From contig NC_042997.1 of NCBI RefSeq assembly GCF_006345805.1, positions 3,534,001-3,598,000 on the forward strand: 64,000 bases of DNA, written 5' to 3'. Every line of letters begins with the position of its first letter. Within the stretch, counting starts at the first letter, position 1. The position numbers were made by a program, and so were the translations under genes. The notes under the pieces are model-generated. The model searched no databases and was not told the DNA's origin. It saw only the letters and a list, made by a program, of their open reading frames with translations. This stretch comes from Octopus sinensis. Its lineage: Eukaryota. This document shows, piece after piece, positions 13,201 to 27,540 of this stretch.

Positions 13201-13639
13201 ATGTTTCTTTGTTTTCAATTATTATAAGGTGCAGTATTTATTTAGGCTCATTGTAAGGCCATGCAGTTAATATTTTATTCTTTGGGAGCTTCGTTTATAT
13301 GTAGAACTATGATAAATTAAATTAAATTTTGCACTATATTTGATACAAGCATGACGATTTTTATTGCATCAGGTTTATAAATATTTTTATTCTCTTTACA
13401 TAAATTCATTAGTTTGAAATAGAGCATAGCTGTATTAAAAGATAGGAAATTTTATCCTGGTGAAGTTTATCCATGTTTCTGCATATTAACATTCAGAGAA
13501 TTTTCCGCGATCTAAATGCATATAAGAGGTAACAAATATATTAAATTTCGTGCTAATATTTCTAAATATATAGTAGCTATTTAATATTTCTTTCGTGCGG
13601 AAGGAATTTATTATCGATGTGTACATATAAAATATGATC

Positions 13640-14125
13640 AATGTTGAAGCAAGAGTCAGAAAAAATGGGCATCCTCAGAAGTTGTACATGGAATGCCATG
13701 GAAAGAGTTTAGGGATGCTAAAATACTAGGCGTATTTATCATCCTGTAATTTTGAAATGTTCATCGCATTGCAGGCGAAAGGAACTCCAAAGAACTCCTG
13801 TATGGGGAATTGGTTACTGGCATAAGAACAGGAGTTCGCTCTCATCATCGGTTTGAAGACGTTTGTATGGTAGATATGAAGTCACTTGATCAGGACATCC
13901 TGAGATGGTAGGAGTTTGCAAATGATCGTCCACACTGGAGGTATATACTGCAAACAGGAATGAAGTGAGCGGAAAAGAAACATGTATTCGCCATCATATG
14001 ATATCGCATTGGACGGCAGGAAAAATCAACAACCTCGACAGAGATCTCCTTCAAATGCAATCAGAGTATGCGTGTCTGGCACTCCCGTGTGGCGCATTTA
14101 CATCCACAGCAGATGCCTACTAATT
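13640..14125 (+). mobile_element. RTE-clade LINE 3' fossil
   Basis: KELLYGELVTGIRT..RFEDVC..DMKSL..ANDRPHWR and a degraded terminal zinc finger FKC..HSRV match the RTE/BovB C-terminal pattern. Confidence 0.8.
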
Positions 14126-15035
14126 TTGATAGGTAATTTTCTTTTTGGGATCTTTCAGTACTACCCTCATTTCCTCCTGCGTTTAATTGTTACCACTAAA
14201 AATGTACCACCTCTCAATTCAAGCCATATAATACGTTTCTCTTTGTCTCTGCAATGTACACAGTGTGTGATATATCATTGATATTCATGTGTCATGTACA
14301 ATTGTGATAAAAGAAGAAACGAAACAGTTCATTCTGCAACAGATCTCAACACATTCCATGCGTTACACCGACACAGCGTCCAAGTCGCAGTAAGATTGTA
14401 TGTCACATCACTGTTGTTAATTACATGGGAAACAATTCAAATTAACAATTACGTCTTTGGTTCGATTTTGAAAAATATGAACGGTGATGTTTTGCATTTT
14501 TCTGATATTTGCAATGTGTTCAAGTTGTTTTAGGTAAATCACATTAGAGAAGCCCCTGTTTGTGTTTCAAAAAATGTCATTTAACATTAGTGTGATAAAA
14601 AAGACAGCTTTCCAGACATGCTATAAACACTAGCTCACAGAATTACTATATATGAGGTTTGTATAAGTGCTATTGGTTCTTAGGTGATACATGTTTCACT
14701 GAAACACTACATCCACTCCTTTGCTGATAGATTAGGAGAGATATTTAGGATTTCTCCGTTTTCTGTGAATCAATTTTAATAAAACTTCTAGATGGTTTGC
14801 ACAATATGACGAAGCCATTTTCCTTATTCTGTGTAACGTCCTATCTTTTTTCATTTTAGATTCTTCAGTTTTTACGTAAACAGCGCTCATAGCTTTTAAA
14901 TGAAACTAGCCCATCTTGACATTTTCTTTCTTTCAGAAAATGAAGGGTAATTATACATAGTAACCATATATTGAGTATATATTTAATAGAAAACCATAAT
15001 AAAATATTCTTTTTCTAATCTAGGTACAAGGCCGT

Positions 15036-15112
15036 CGATTAGATTGATCCTAGTTTGCAATTGGTACTTATCGACCCCGAAAGGATAAAAGGCAAATTCG
15101 ATCTCGGCAGAA
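15036..15112 (-). mobile_element. SINE family A fragment
   Basis: GGTACTTATCGACCCCGAAAGGATAAAAGGCAAA is the reverse complement of the 5350-5400 core. Confidence 0.8.
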
Positions 15113-15299
15113 TAAGCTATAATAATATTATAATACCTATTGACATGATGAGCACCAAAGAAAAAAAAGATCAAATTGTTGAACCTTCAAAACGGTGACA
15201 GCTCGTGATTTGAGTAATATTGTCTTCAATTTACGTGGGAAAGCTATTTTCACCACCTACAGAATTTGTTATGTACCGAACAGCAACCGAAATCGCATT

Positions 15300-15560
15300 C
15301 TCAGGACCATGGTGTATGTGCAAGAGTCCCTGAAACTTACGGCATACAAGGTGAAAGGTTGAGGGTGTGGCTGCTTGCAACTCTGGACTCAACATTATCG
15401 AAAATTTATTGAAGAAGATGCTCATATCGATGGACGCCAATTTACGTCGAAAGATGTCTTATGGGCCACCATCACAGCTGACTCAGAGGCAATTCAACCT
15501 ACTATTATTAAGGAATTGACGGATTCCACGACTAATAAGGGTTTTGAAATTAACTTTTGA
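15300..15560 (+). mobile_element. Tc1-like transposase C-terminal remnant
   Basis: LNIIENL then DGRQFTSKDVLWATI..AIQPTIIKELTDS resembles the Tc1 C-terminal helix region; no TIRs found. Confidence 0.55.
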
Positions 15561-16766
15561 AATGACATTCATATGCTACATAATTATAAATAATTCATTA
15601 TTTCAATAAACGTTATCATATTATTATTGTTTTCTGCTAATCATATACTAATAGTTTGCTTAATATGTATCAGTAGACTTCAAATTTTGAAAAAAATTCT
15701 AGATGAGCTATTTTCAGTCAAAAACTATTAGCAAGGAATAGGCAAAACTGAAAAATCTTAAATAAAAAAGAAATGGCGTTACACAGAATAATTAAATTAT
15801 ATCAATGGTATTGTCTTCGCGTGCAAACAAATTGGGAAAAGTTTTATCAAAATCGATTCACAAAAAAAAATGGAGACATCCTAAATTTCACTCCTAAGTT
15901 ATTAGCGTGGTCCTTGGTGTAGTTGTATATCCACCCTTCAGAAAACCATTAGATACATGACTTGTCCGTTATACTTTACTTCATTTATCTGAAGAAACAG
16001 GTCTATGGAAACTATTCGGAATTGTAAGCTATATCATTAGTCCCTACGCTATAGTTACATAGGTGAAGTGGTTAATATATTATCGATTGCCCAGTATAAC
16101 ATGGTGAGAAAGAGTTACGGATACGCTGCAGCAAATGATGCCTTCTCCAACCCACAAATGCATTTTACTAGACACCTATCGTTAACAGCTTCATCGTAGT
16201 ATTTATATTGAAATACCCATTCCCAATCAAGTTTTCTCTTTTATTAAAAATCTATATACAGATATTCAATAGCATCCAAAGAGATCGAACCTGTCCGTGA
16301 TTTTCCAGCAAACGTTTCAAACGTTTCCATTACAAAAGCATCAATGATTCTCTGTGAATAAAATTACATATTATGTATTCATTGCAGACACCTATTTATT
16401 TAGATTGTATAATTCTGACACGAATCCACAATAAATACATAAATGCTTCAGTTGTTTGGATTTTATGCCCATGATATTCAAGCTAAGTAGTAGGTAGCAG
16501 CTTTTGACGAATACAGCATTTAAGCTGCTGTAAAGATGGCGCATATAATGAGACTATAATGTGTCAACAATACATTTTACTGCAGAATACAAATAATACG
16601 TACAAAGTTGACTGCCTGAATAAAATTCAAGTTAAAATCTACATGCTTTCAAATTTTCAACGAGGAGGAAATGAGACTAAATTGTGTAAGATATTTAATA
16701 CACTATATCAACAAGTAGCTATTAGGTAATGCGTATTTTATAAAGAAAGATCCCCAAACAAGCTGA

Positions 16767-16774
16767 TATATACA

Positions 16775-16842
<68 letters not shown>
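16767..16842. repeat. (TA)n microsatellite
   Basis: Direct inspection. Confidence 0.98.
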
Positions 16843-16843
<1 letters not shown>

Positions 16844-17938
16844 TTAAAGCTAAAATGTCATGTGTTAAAATGGGTAATTAACAGGAGTGCGTTTTGTCAT
16901 AGTTAGCAATTATTTCATCATGTAGAACAATGCTGGTACCACGAAACAAAGAATAACAATATACAAAGAATGTCATGAAGCGTGATGAATTGTATACGAA
17001 TTCTCAATTTTTGTAAATAAATACAGTGCCTACGTCGCGAAAAACCCGTGAAAAGATACACTGTGGTTAAACGTGCCAAAATATAATACACGAAACAGAA
17101 AAGCAATGATATAGTCTGTATATATTATTGATTTGCAAAGCCACCATTGCAAACGAAAGCGTGCGTAAAGTGAAGAAAGCAACCCTTTGACTATTTACTC
17201 TAATAGCAACTGGATCGGATGCAAAGATTTTTGTAACGGAGTATGAATCGACTTGATCTGTTTAGAATATTAATGTGGTAAACAGAAACAGAAAACATAC
17301 TAGTAATATGTTTGTCGGCAAAACGTCTTGGAAAAGAGTGTAGAATGTATTATGTCACTGAATTGCTCTCCTTTAAAGAAACCACATAGACAAGATGGAA
17401 AATTGAATCGCTACAACATAAAAGCGTGTAACATGCATTTTAAAAACGCAGCTATCGCAAAATCTGTGGATGATACACACGAAACGTTCCTCTAATTAAA
17501 ACGCAGTGAACACTTTTGATCGGCAAAATATCAAATAAATGACTCTATATTATACTAGTGCGTGTTATATACATAGTAACATAAATTCATAGTTTATGCC
17601 ATTATTATAATAGCTGTTGTTGATTGCATCCGCAGCTAAAAAAGAGCTCTGTCATTCAGTTATGAAATAGGTGAGAGGGAGCTAAACTTGCGATTTTATT
17701 GTAAAAACTAGAAAAAAAGAATAAAATATGCATATATGAAAAAGCATGTTGGTAGCTTTCTGTCGTAGACATATAACAATATCAACTCATTACTACAACA
17801 CATCCACAAGTTATATGCATATATATATATATATAATATATATATATATATTGGTAAGATAACAAAAGAAAGAAAGAGACCTCAATATTATGTAAATAGA
17901 GGAAATTTATCTTGGCTACCAAATAATTGTCACATATC

Positions 17939-18022
<84 letters not shown>

Positions 18023-18639
18023 ATATGAATTAATTCTAATAGTTAATTGAAATATGACACGGGTGTTAATTCATTTACTCTATCGACTGCGATTTCTCAC
18101 GATAGTTATTAAATATTTTATTTGGGGAGATTAATCGAGATTAATTCTTATATTCATACGGCGGACGTATGAATATAAGCATTGTATGGCTGGGATCACA
18201 TTACATCTTCAATGGGATTCTTTTATATAGATTAAGATTAAACCACGCTTCAAAAATTCGCAATATATACAGTCTATTATTCACAGGAATATACCTGAAA
18301 TAAATATTTCACATAGCTCCATATGTTTCTTATAAGCCCCTTTCAAATATTTTTATACGAAATTGGAACATTTCACTGAATTTTAATAAAAATCATATGT
18401 ATACTAATTATGAATAAATGATCCAATATATTTTGGGAAAAGTATTACAACCAGTCTTATTTTCAGAAACAAATTGCTAGATATTAACATATGATATGCT
18501 ATTGAAATTGTCTTAATTACCTATAATTATATTGCAAAATACAGACATATGTAGCTAATATACATTTCATTCCATTGCATAGATATATGTGTGTGTGCGC
18601 GTATATATATATTATATATATATATCCCTTTTTTACTAA

Positions 18640-18687
<48 letters not shown>

Positions 18688-20073
18688 TAGATTGATAGAT
18701 AGATATATACATACATAAATACATACACACATACATACAAATCTTTAAATGTATGTATGTGTGTATGTGTGACTGTGCGCATGCTCATTTGAATGGATAT
18801 GTAAATGTAAATATGTATGCATGTTTGTATGCGTTACTTTTGATTCTCCTGGTTACCAACCGTCATTCGTATAAATTAGGTCACTAATTAATTTTATGGC
18901 AATAAAGTTAATAACAGTGATACATTTATATATGCATTCGAAATCGGATACGCATGAAATTGGTTTTCCAATTATATCTAGCAAATCAAAATGATCAATG
19001 AAGTTTAGTGATATTCTGTGTTCCATGAATTCCGAGTGAAGTGATAGTAGCATATCTCAGCAATTAGGAAGATAATATTTAAATGTAATTGAAAAAAAAA
19101 TCTGTTTTAAATAAGTTTCTGTGTAACCATGATTATATCTATCTTCTTCCTAATATTGAACATTACAAATTAAGCTTATTTTTAGCAACAATTTGGCAAT
19201 TTCCCAATCTATATTAACGTGCAGATGAATCGATTCCACACGACGAAGAAGGTTTTATTGAAACTATTTTGTAGAATTTCTAAATTAGATTTCTAATAAT
19301 ATATATTTTGTCTTCCTGTAAAATGTTTTAGGGTTTAACCCGGATGAGAGTAGAGGTAACGAAAGCAAAGGAAAAAGAGAGAGAGCCAGACAGATACACA
19401 GAGATATAGAGACACTCATAGAGAGTGAGAAACAGAAACATTAAGAAAATTCCTGCAAGCCAGAAGAAAACTATCTGGTACAACTGAAGTATCTTAATAA
19501 ATATGAGCGTGTGTTGCCTTAAAATAATGGCCCACACTTTCCTATATCTATTTTGCTTACGACTTCTAGTTATCCTGAATTCACCATCCCATCTGTAGGT
19601 TTGACAAAGGCATAAAAGATTCACAATAACAGGCTACAAACGAAGAACTATAGTTTTTTCGGTTACATAATATAAGGTAACCATTGTTTTCTATTGGACA
19701 TTAGCGGCTTGTAAATATATTAAAGTGCATTAATGTGTGATAATATATGTAGAGAAATTTCGATATTCATATCAGCACTATTTTGGACATTAGGTATCAC
19801 TCTTTGGTAAACAAACGCTGAACGAAATTAAACATAAATAACTGACACATATTTCTCTGAGACACGAAGAGTAATATAAAAAACTGGCTTGTGAAAGAGA
19901 GATGAATTGCACAGGGGGTTACTTCTCTTACATGATAATGATAATTTTTATGTATCTCCAATGTACATTGTATCCGGCTAACAGTATATTAATAAATGAA
20001 TGCAATGTAAATATCGACGAGAACAGCATACATTTGTTACAAAGGTTGTATGCTTTCAATCTGAAATATATAT

Positions 20074-20131
<58 letters not shown>

Positions 20132-22149
20132 TCTGCGTGCATCGATATCTGATAGCTTTTATCTCGTTCCTGCATTTCAGGAAAGACTACAAACTTCAGA
20201 TCATTCTGATAACCATGGAGCTGCAACGGTCTTCCTGGATAAAACAAACACATCTGTGCTTTCATTTTTTTTTCCTTTTCGCTCTTAATATTATAATGAT
20301 TCTTACCCATAGAAATAAAAATGTTTATACTCGAAATCTGCTCGACATGCACAGGTTTCATAAAGTGTAAAATAATGCGAAAGCTTCCCTACCGAGTGCA
20401 TATCAGAGAAGTAAAAATCGAAGAGTATACATACCAATTGACATTAGCGGAAATAATAAGAATCCAGTGAAGTAATCTCATCCAGAATCTAAGATTTTCA
20501 CCGAATTGAATAACGTCATCAAAATATTCGTTATTTGTACTGAGCTCTGAGATCTGGCGATGTCAGAATATATCACCATGCGGAGCACAAGACTGTGGTG
20601 AGAATAGATCATTTTCCGGTATGTGTTGTTTAAGCGTAGTGGATGTGAGATTGTCAGGGCTGGTGGGCCCTTGTTTATATGAAGCAGTAGGGATATTTAC
20701 GCACTTGGGTGCGTGCGTACATGGCTGTGTTAGCGGAAGGGGAGATAACTTAAGCTTGGGTGGGATAAAGGTATAAAAATACTGGCGAGGCGTGACTAAG
20801 TGTGCTGAGGCAATATTTTAGGTAAAACTGGCAGTGGTTATAGTGGTATCGTCCATGGAGATTCTGATAACAGAGCCATCTTAGTTTTCGAAACACAGAC
20901 ACCCTAAATATTATTGTCAACTTTCTTACTTCTATACCTAACATCTACCATACTATAACTACTCACTTATCACAAATACACAACATTCCACTTCATATCA
21001 CAGTGCATCCCTATCAACCCATTGTTCTAGATGCACCAGGTGTGAGGTATTATCACGCGCAGCTAACTTATTTCAGTTCACAGACCGTTCAGAAGCAGCT
21101 CCATGGGTTCTAAATTCAAGCTTTTGAGGAATGTGCCTCCAAATCGCTACGTAACACATACCCTAACATCCCAAAACCTCCAATGGTTTTCGCTTAATCG
21201 AGCCATAGATTTTCGAGCTAAATTACCTATGTCGCTGGAGAAACTCGCTAACTATTCAAATAGAGAGAAAATCACCAATCAGTAACACCGCTCTCCAAAC
21301 CTCTAGTTTTCTCAAACTGCTGACGTTCGCTCTGATACTTTGTGAAATGGAACTCCATTACCTTTGCAGGGTTCTGTATTCTAAATTGAAATTTGCTTTA
21401 AAATGCAATCTCACACACATGCGTACACATACAGAGACACACATTCATACATACAGAGTTATAACTGTAAAGAAAAGTGAAGCTTTTATGTGTTAAGTCA
21501 TCAATTCCATAGGAATAAAATGTGGAGTCAAACGGAGTAAATCATTTCAATACAACACGATATTTCTCCTAGTACTCGACCGTTTCTATAACTCCATTAT
21601 ATAATACATTCTATACCGAGATTTAAATTCAAAGGGATACACAATAAGACAGAATGTGAGACAGAAAATGAGGGATAGAGAGATCAATTATAGGAGTCTG
21701 CGAGTGGTATATTATTTGTATGTTGGTGACAGCCTGTCAGATATATTGTACAGTTAAATATAACCTTCTACTTCGATTTTCTGTTACGATTTTCTCTGTT
21801 TCGAAAAAGCAAACAAACAGAAAATAATAATCGAAAGCAGACCGAATTTAATTTCCTTCAACAAGATTAGTATAGAAATTTGATTCAGAGATTTACTATT
21901 TTCTTTTTGTTATCATTTCAGAACCTAGAAAATATTTTCATCATAAATATAGAAAACACAATTTCCTTCTGGAGGTATTTTCATCATCTGCTTAACTATT
22001 TATGTCGGTGGTATACAATTGAAGACCTTGGTGTATGTGGTGTCATTCATAACAGTGAATATGAAGTAACAGATCCTTACTGAGTCCAAAGCATTCGAAG
22101 CAGTACACGCACACACAAACATACACACACGTATATACATAGAAAGATA

Positions 22150-22425
<276 letters not shown>

Positions 22426-25245
22426 AAATATTTCTGTAGTGGTTTGTAATGTTTTAGCAAATCGCTACATGATCGTGCTTGGGTTTCAGCCGTCATGCGC
22501 ATGTATTCATTTCTCTTTTTCATCCTATGCTACTGAGAGCAGTAAATCTCCATACCTCGGCAGGAAACCCTTAGTTGCCAACCTCGTTCGGATATAGCTA
22601 CATTGCATATTCCTTCTATTTTAAGAAAGAATGTGAGACAGAAAATGAGGGATAAGAAATTATTCTAGTATTTAGATCTTTTAATTTCAAAGTTCTGATC
22701 AATCCCGTCATCTTACGAGACGCAGAATTTAGGCAACAAACCTTTATCCCGTTGCTGGTTGCTTAGAAAACATAGGGAATCTTCAAGTTATCTCCCTTGC
22801 TTATGTTTATATTGCATATTGCATTCTTAGACAACATATTGTGGTCAAACTATTTTCGACATCATCAAATATCTCGAGCGAGGGTGCACTTGTTACAATT
22901 GAATTTGTATGTATTTCTTTCTCCAGTATTTGTATGTATATCTTCTTCATGGAGGCATCTGATATATCCCTTGAGTAAGTGTTCCTTTCCACTCTGGGAA
23001 TTTGCGTGTGAAGAAGCCCTTCTCTTGACAAATTCCACACGGCTGGCTCTCCCTCATGCTCTGTCTATGCATATTTGCTGTTGTTTTGATATACCTCATG
23101 AGAGATATGGGATAAAAATTCCTCATTAATGAGCTAAAATAACTTACTAGCCCAATGGACGATTTACAATTATTTTATCGCGTGTATTTAATTACAATTA
23201 TTAGTTAAATACAATAGCGAATCATATCATTTGGCATTCCATAGAGACAGGGTTGACTTTATACCACTCATAAAAATGGAACATTTATAAATTTAGGAAA
23301 TATATGTTCTTTGAAGTAGCCATGATCTGTTATTTATGTGTTTTATTTTACGTACCGTTGTGTGTTTAAAAAATATCGGAGAGACAAATTGGAACATTTC
23401 ATGAGTTTATTGATTCTTTGAGTATTTCACATTCTTCTGTCTTGTTCCACTTTTGTCTTATTGATGTGATTCACTTTCATTTCAAATGTAATATATTCAA
23501 GGCATAGATGCCTTGAATATATCACTTCTTTACTATTACTTACCTGGTAGGATTTTCATCACTCACACGTTTGAATATTACCTTTTTTTTCGGAAAACAA
23601 TCTTAGTTAAGGATTTTGTTACAAGAAAATAGCTTACGATATTGTAGAGACATTTCAACACTTATTATTCTTATACAAATATGGCTAGTTCACTTCAGTT
23701 TGTTACAATGCAAGGAAGCATATAAGCTCATATTTACTAACAAAAAGGCACTGATTATAGCTCTTTTAGCCTCTCATAGATACACGCATATATTTGTCGA
23801 ATATATTTTACTGAAAAAGCGCCTTTCTAATTTTTTATGCATTTTGAATAAAATATTCATGTTCCATCGCCATAGATCAAAAGGAAAACAAACAAGGTAT
23901 ACTCCATGAAAATATTTAGCTATCATTTCTTATATATGTCAGAGTCTAAAGTGAGGATTATATTTTCATGCTGAATGTATTCAATTTCAAATATAATTCA
24001 GAAATGTTGCGTCTATATATAACATGAGAGGAAGAGTAGTTTAGCCTTATACGTTAATAGTTTGTTTTAAACTCACAAAAGATGTTCAATGAAGAAGCGT
24101 TAAAGAATAAGAGTTCGAATAGTTTTTATTAAATTTTGGAACACGTTATAGCCTTCTGATCTTGGACATAGTTTTCATTGTGTAGAAAGATACCCACTTC
24201 ATCACTGAAGAAGATATCTCTTGTGAGATTCAAAATTTGAGTGGCATAGAATTAAGTAGTCTGACGTTGGATATATTGCCTAAATAAATACTCAAAAATA
24301 TCCCAGGGAAATACTGTAGCGAATATGGCAATTAAAATAGGTGATGTATCATATTACATTTCACCAGCATTCTAAGCGCCTTTTACCAAATAAAACATAA
24401 TCTCCTATATTATAATGATAAGGTCTCATAATATTTGGAACTTTACCAGTTCAATGAGTTTGCTGAATGAAAAAGGTCTTAATGAAATCACTGGGTCAAT
24501 GAAATACACCAAAATAGCTTAATGCATTTCACTAGCAGCTGACGAGCGGAAAATTAGTTGTCACTTGTTCCTTTGCTCGGTTTGTAATCCAGATTGAATC
24601 TCGAGATGAGGTGATATTCTAGCGTAATGAATGATCATATCAAGAATAAAATTCTAATTCTTATCTGACATTGTTTTCCTTAGCTTTGCAACATCAATCT
24701 CATTTCAGAGTTCAAAATACTGCTTTCTAATTTTGCACCTAATTTCAGGATATTGTAGAGCGAAGGTTCCCAGTATTATGTTTTCTGTCAAATAACGTGC
24801 TTCTTAAAACGTGGATATTAATGTTATAATTAACACCTATCTCTCTATTAGGAAAATAATCAATCATTTGTTACTTCTTGGATTCTCACTGCATCAAAAT
24901 AGCTTTTATGAATTGCTTTGTTTTTAAAATGTTTCAAAGAATGAAACTCATTTGTAGAAATTGCATTGAAATTGAGTTTAGCTTTCATTGTTAACTCCTG
25001 TGGATTATTAAAATTATTCCATATTTCAAACATTTCCAAACATGCATACATATATAAATATGTTTCTAGAGACATAGCAAGAAACACTTTCGCCGGAGTC
25101 AGAGTTGTCTCGATACCATTGCCGAAAAGGAAATTGTCTGAGCAAACTGCTATCTCCAAATCTTACTCCTGTTCACACGTCTTGTATTTCTTTATATAAT
25201 TTATTTTTGCAAAGGATATTGTGTCTTCCGTCAAATTTACCCTAA

Positions 25246-25292
<47 letters not shown>

Positions 25293-25300
25293 ATATTTAT

Positions 25301-26203
25301 ATAAATAATAAATATTAGGGAATAAATCCAAATTTACAGGGAAAAAAATCAAATTTAGGATTAAATCGATTTTATAGTAAAATATTATAAAATATTATTC
25401 GAGACAAAACCACTATTTTGCAAAACAAACAAGGAAAGACTTAATCAATACATAAATTTTAATAAATAGTCAAAAAAACCGCCACTACAATCGTTTCTTG
25501 TCTTGATCGACAATCTTCAGGTGGACTTCCAATCTAAAAAATCAATATTTTAAAAAATAAAATAATAATTTTAAAATAATTAAAGTATGAATGAAAAAAT
25601 ATAAGTATATAATCCATATATAACCTATCTATAATCCATATATAATCAATATATAAACAATATATAAACTAAAAAAACCTATCAACAATTAAATATAAAA
25701 TATAAAATATAAAATATAAAATATAAAATATAAAATATAAAACAAAACAAAAAAAATAATAATAATATAATATTAAACTATATATACACCCATACGCATA
25801 TACCTAATTATATATAACCATATCTAACTACATACACTAAATCACACACCTATATATATATCCCTATACATACACATAAAAATGTCTAGGCAACTATAAA
25901 TAAATAAAATAGCTAAATACTTCAACACAATACTTATTCATACTCCCACACACACACACATACAACCCACATTCACACTCTAGAAAATGGACATCACTCA
26001 AAACTATGAACGGAGAAATAGAATAAATGGAATACTTAAAAATTATGAATGAAACAATGCAATAAAACAACAGACATCGCAAATAGACACAAATTACTAC
26101 AAATTCCTTATCAAACCTACCATGATAACCAAAACTCATAAAAACATATAATGATAAAATCTCCCTTTACTAAACTCTATAACAAACCTATATAGCAATC
26201 CCC

Positions 26204-26208
<5 letters not shown>
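25301..26208 (-). mobile_element. (TA)n-flanked hammerhead-bearing element (Penelope-like derivative)
   Basis: (TA)n on both sides (25249-25300, 26209-26235), strong strand-composition asymmetry, internal hammerhead motif. Confidence 0.65.
25482..25524 (-). ncRNA. Minimal type I hammerhead ribozyme motif
   Basis: Minus strand CCAC-CUGAAGA-UUGUC gaucaa GACAA-GAAA-C gauu G-UA-GUGG: stem I 4 bp, stem II 5 bp, intact core, GUA cleavage triplet. Confidence 0.82.
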
Positions 26209-26235
<27 letters not shown>

Positions 26236-26689
26236 GACAAGAAAAATATTACGAAAATGTTATTGACTGTGACTACGAAATATTTATATATATATATATA
26301 ACAAGAAAAATATTACGAAAATGTTATTGACTGTGACTACGAAATTTCTGCCAACTAAGCCATCATCGCACTTAAACTATTTACATATATTAAGCTGAAT
26401 ACAGGAATTGCAGAAAGAACTTCAGGCCTTCCTGTATGATTGGCATTATTATGACACTGAACAAGTCTTGATTATCGATAATGTCAAGTATCTTTATGTA
26501 CGTAACTGTGGCTTTAAATCACAGTTGCCTTCTATATGTGTTATATTGCACTATAGTTTATTGTATTACAATCTATACAGCATTTTGCATACGTTTTATA
26601 ACAGAAGACCAACATATTTTGAAAGTTGGAATATTAATTATATAATGCACCAGTGTTTAGGCGTCACGTAGATATATAATACAATACAG

Positions 26690-27125
26690 GCGTGTCTCTA
26701 TGGTAAAAAGCTTATGTCTCAACTGTATGGTACCGGGTTCAGTCCCGCTGCGTGGCACCTTGGACAATATCTTCTGCTATAGCTTCGGATCGGCGAAAGC
26801 CTTGTGATTGGATTAGGTGGATGGAAACTGAAAGAAAACCGTCGTATACACACACGCACACACATATACGTATGTGTGTGTATGTGTATCTGCTTCTATC
26901 TATGTGGGCGTGCCTTTTTGCTTGTGTTTGCTCCCCCCACTGTTCAACGGCTTGTGCTGGTGTGTTTACATCCCCGTAACGTATGGGTTCCCGCAAAGTA
27001 TATCGGTCAAATAAGTACCAGACTTTAAAAGTAAAGTCCTAGGGTCGATACATTGGACTAAATTCCTTCAAGACAGTGCGCCAGCGTGCCCGCACTAAAG
27101 ATTAAGAGATGAAATATAAAAGAGA
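26690..27125 (+). mobile_element. tRNA-derived SINE (family B) with internal TG/CA tract
   Basis: GGGTTCAGTCCC B-box-like head, GTGGCACCTTGG..AAAGCCTTGTGA..GGAAACTGAAAG body, AAGTACCAG..GGGTCGAT core; similar copies at 31450 and 58660. Confidence 0.85.
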
Positions 27126-27388
27126 TACACCTCATCACCACTAATTCAGGTGTTAATTAAATAACTAATTTTCAATTTATCATAGCCTCCCCCAAATAAA
27201 GTGAGTGTATTCTATTTTGTAATTTATGATGCTATTATAAAAGGAAGTAAGCAATTATTCTTTTTTTCTTAACCTCTTAGTCTAAAAGGGAACTTATACA
27301 GTAACCATACCCATATGTAAATGAAAGAAATATTAGATTCATAACATGACACGAGAAAATAAATTCGGTGCTAACTCGTTTAAATCAA

Positions 27389-27540
27389 GCGCAGCACTCA
27401 ACTGGAACTTACTTTATTCACTATGAAATGATGAAACCCAAAGTCGACATCAGCGGCATTTGAACATAGGAGATAACGACGGACGGAATGATACCGAGCA
27501 TTTTGCCAGGCGTGCTAAGGATTCTGCCAAATAACCGCCA
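27389..27540 (-). mobile_element. SINE family A
   Basis: Reverse-complement similarity to 5260-5410. Confidence 0.85.

Noticed and set aside
16090-16345. Exon-like open frames on the minus strand (RIIDAFVMETF..; LDWEWVFQYKYY..)
   Set aside because: No convincing donor, inconsistent frames and no recognisable homology
20400-20570. EYFDDVIQFG resembling an anoctamin motif
   Set aside because: Only superficial similarity and no supporting splice structure
24200-24250. CTGAAGA followed by a small hairpin
   Set aside because: No GAAA and no stem I or III
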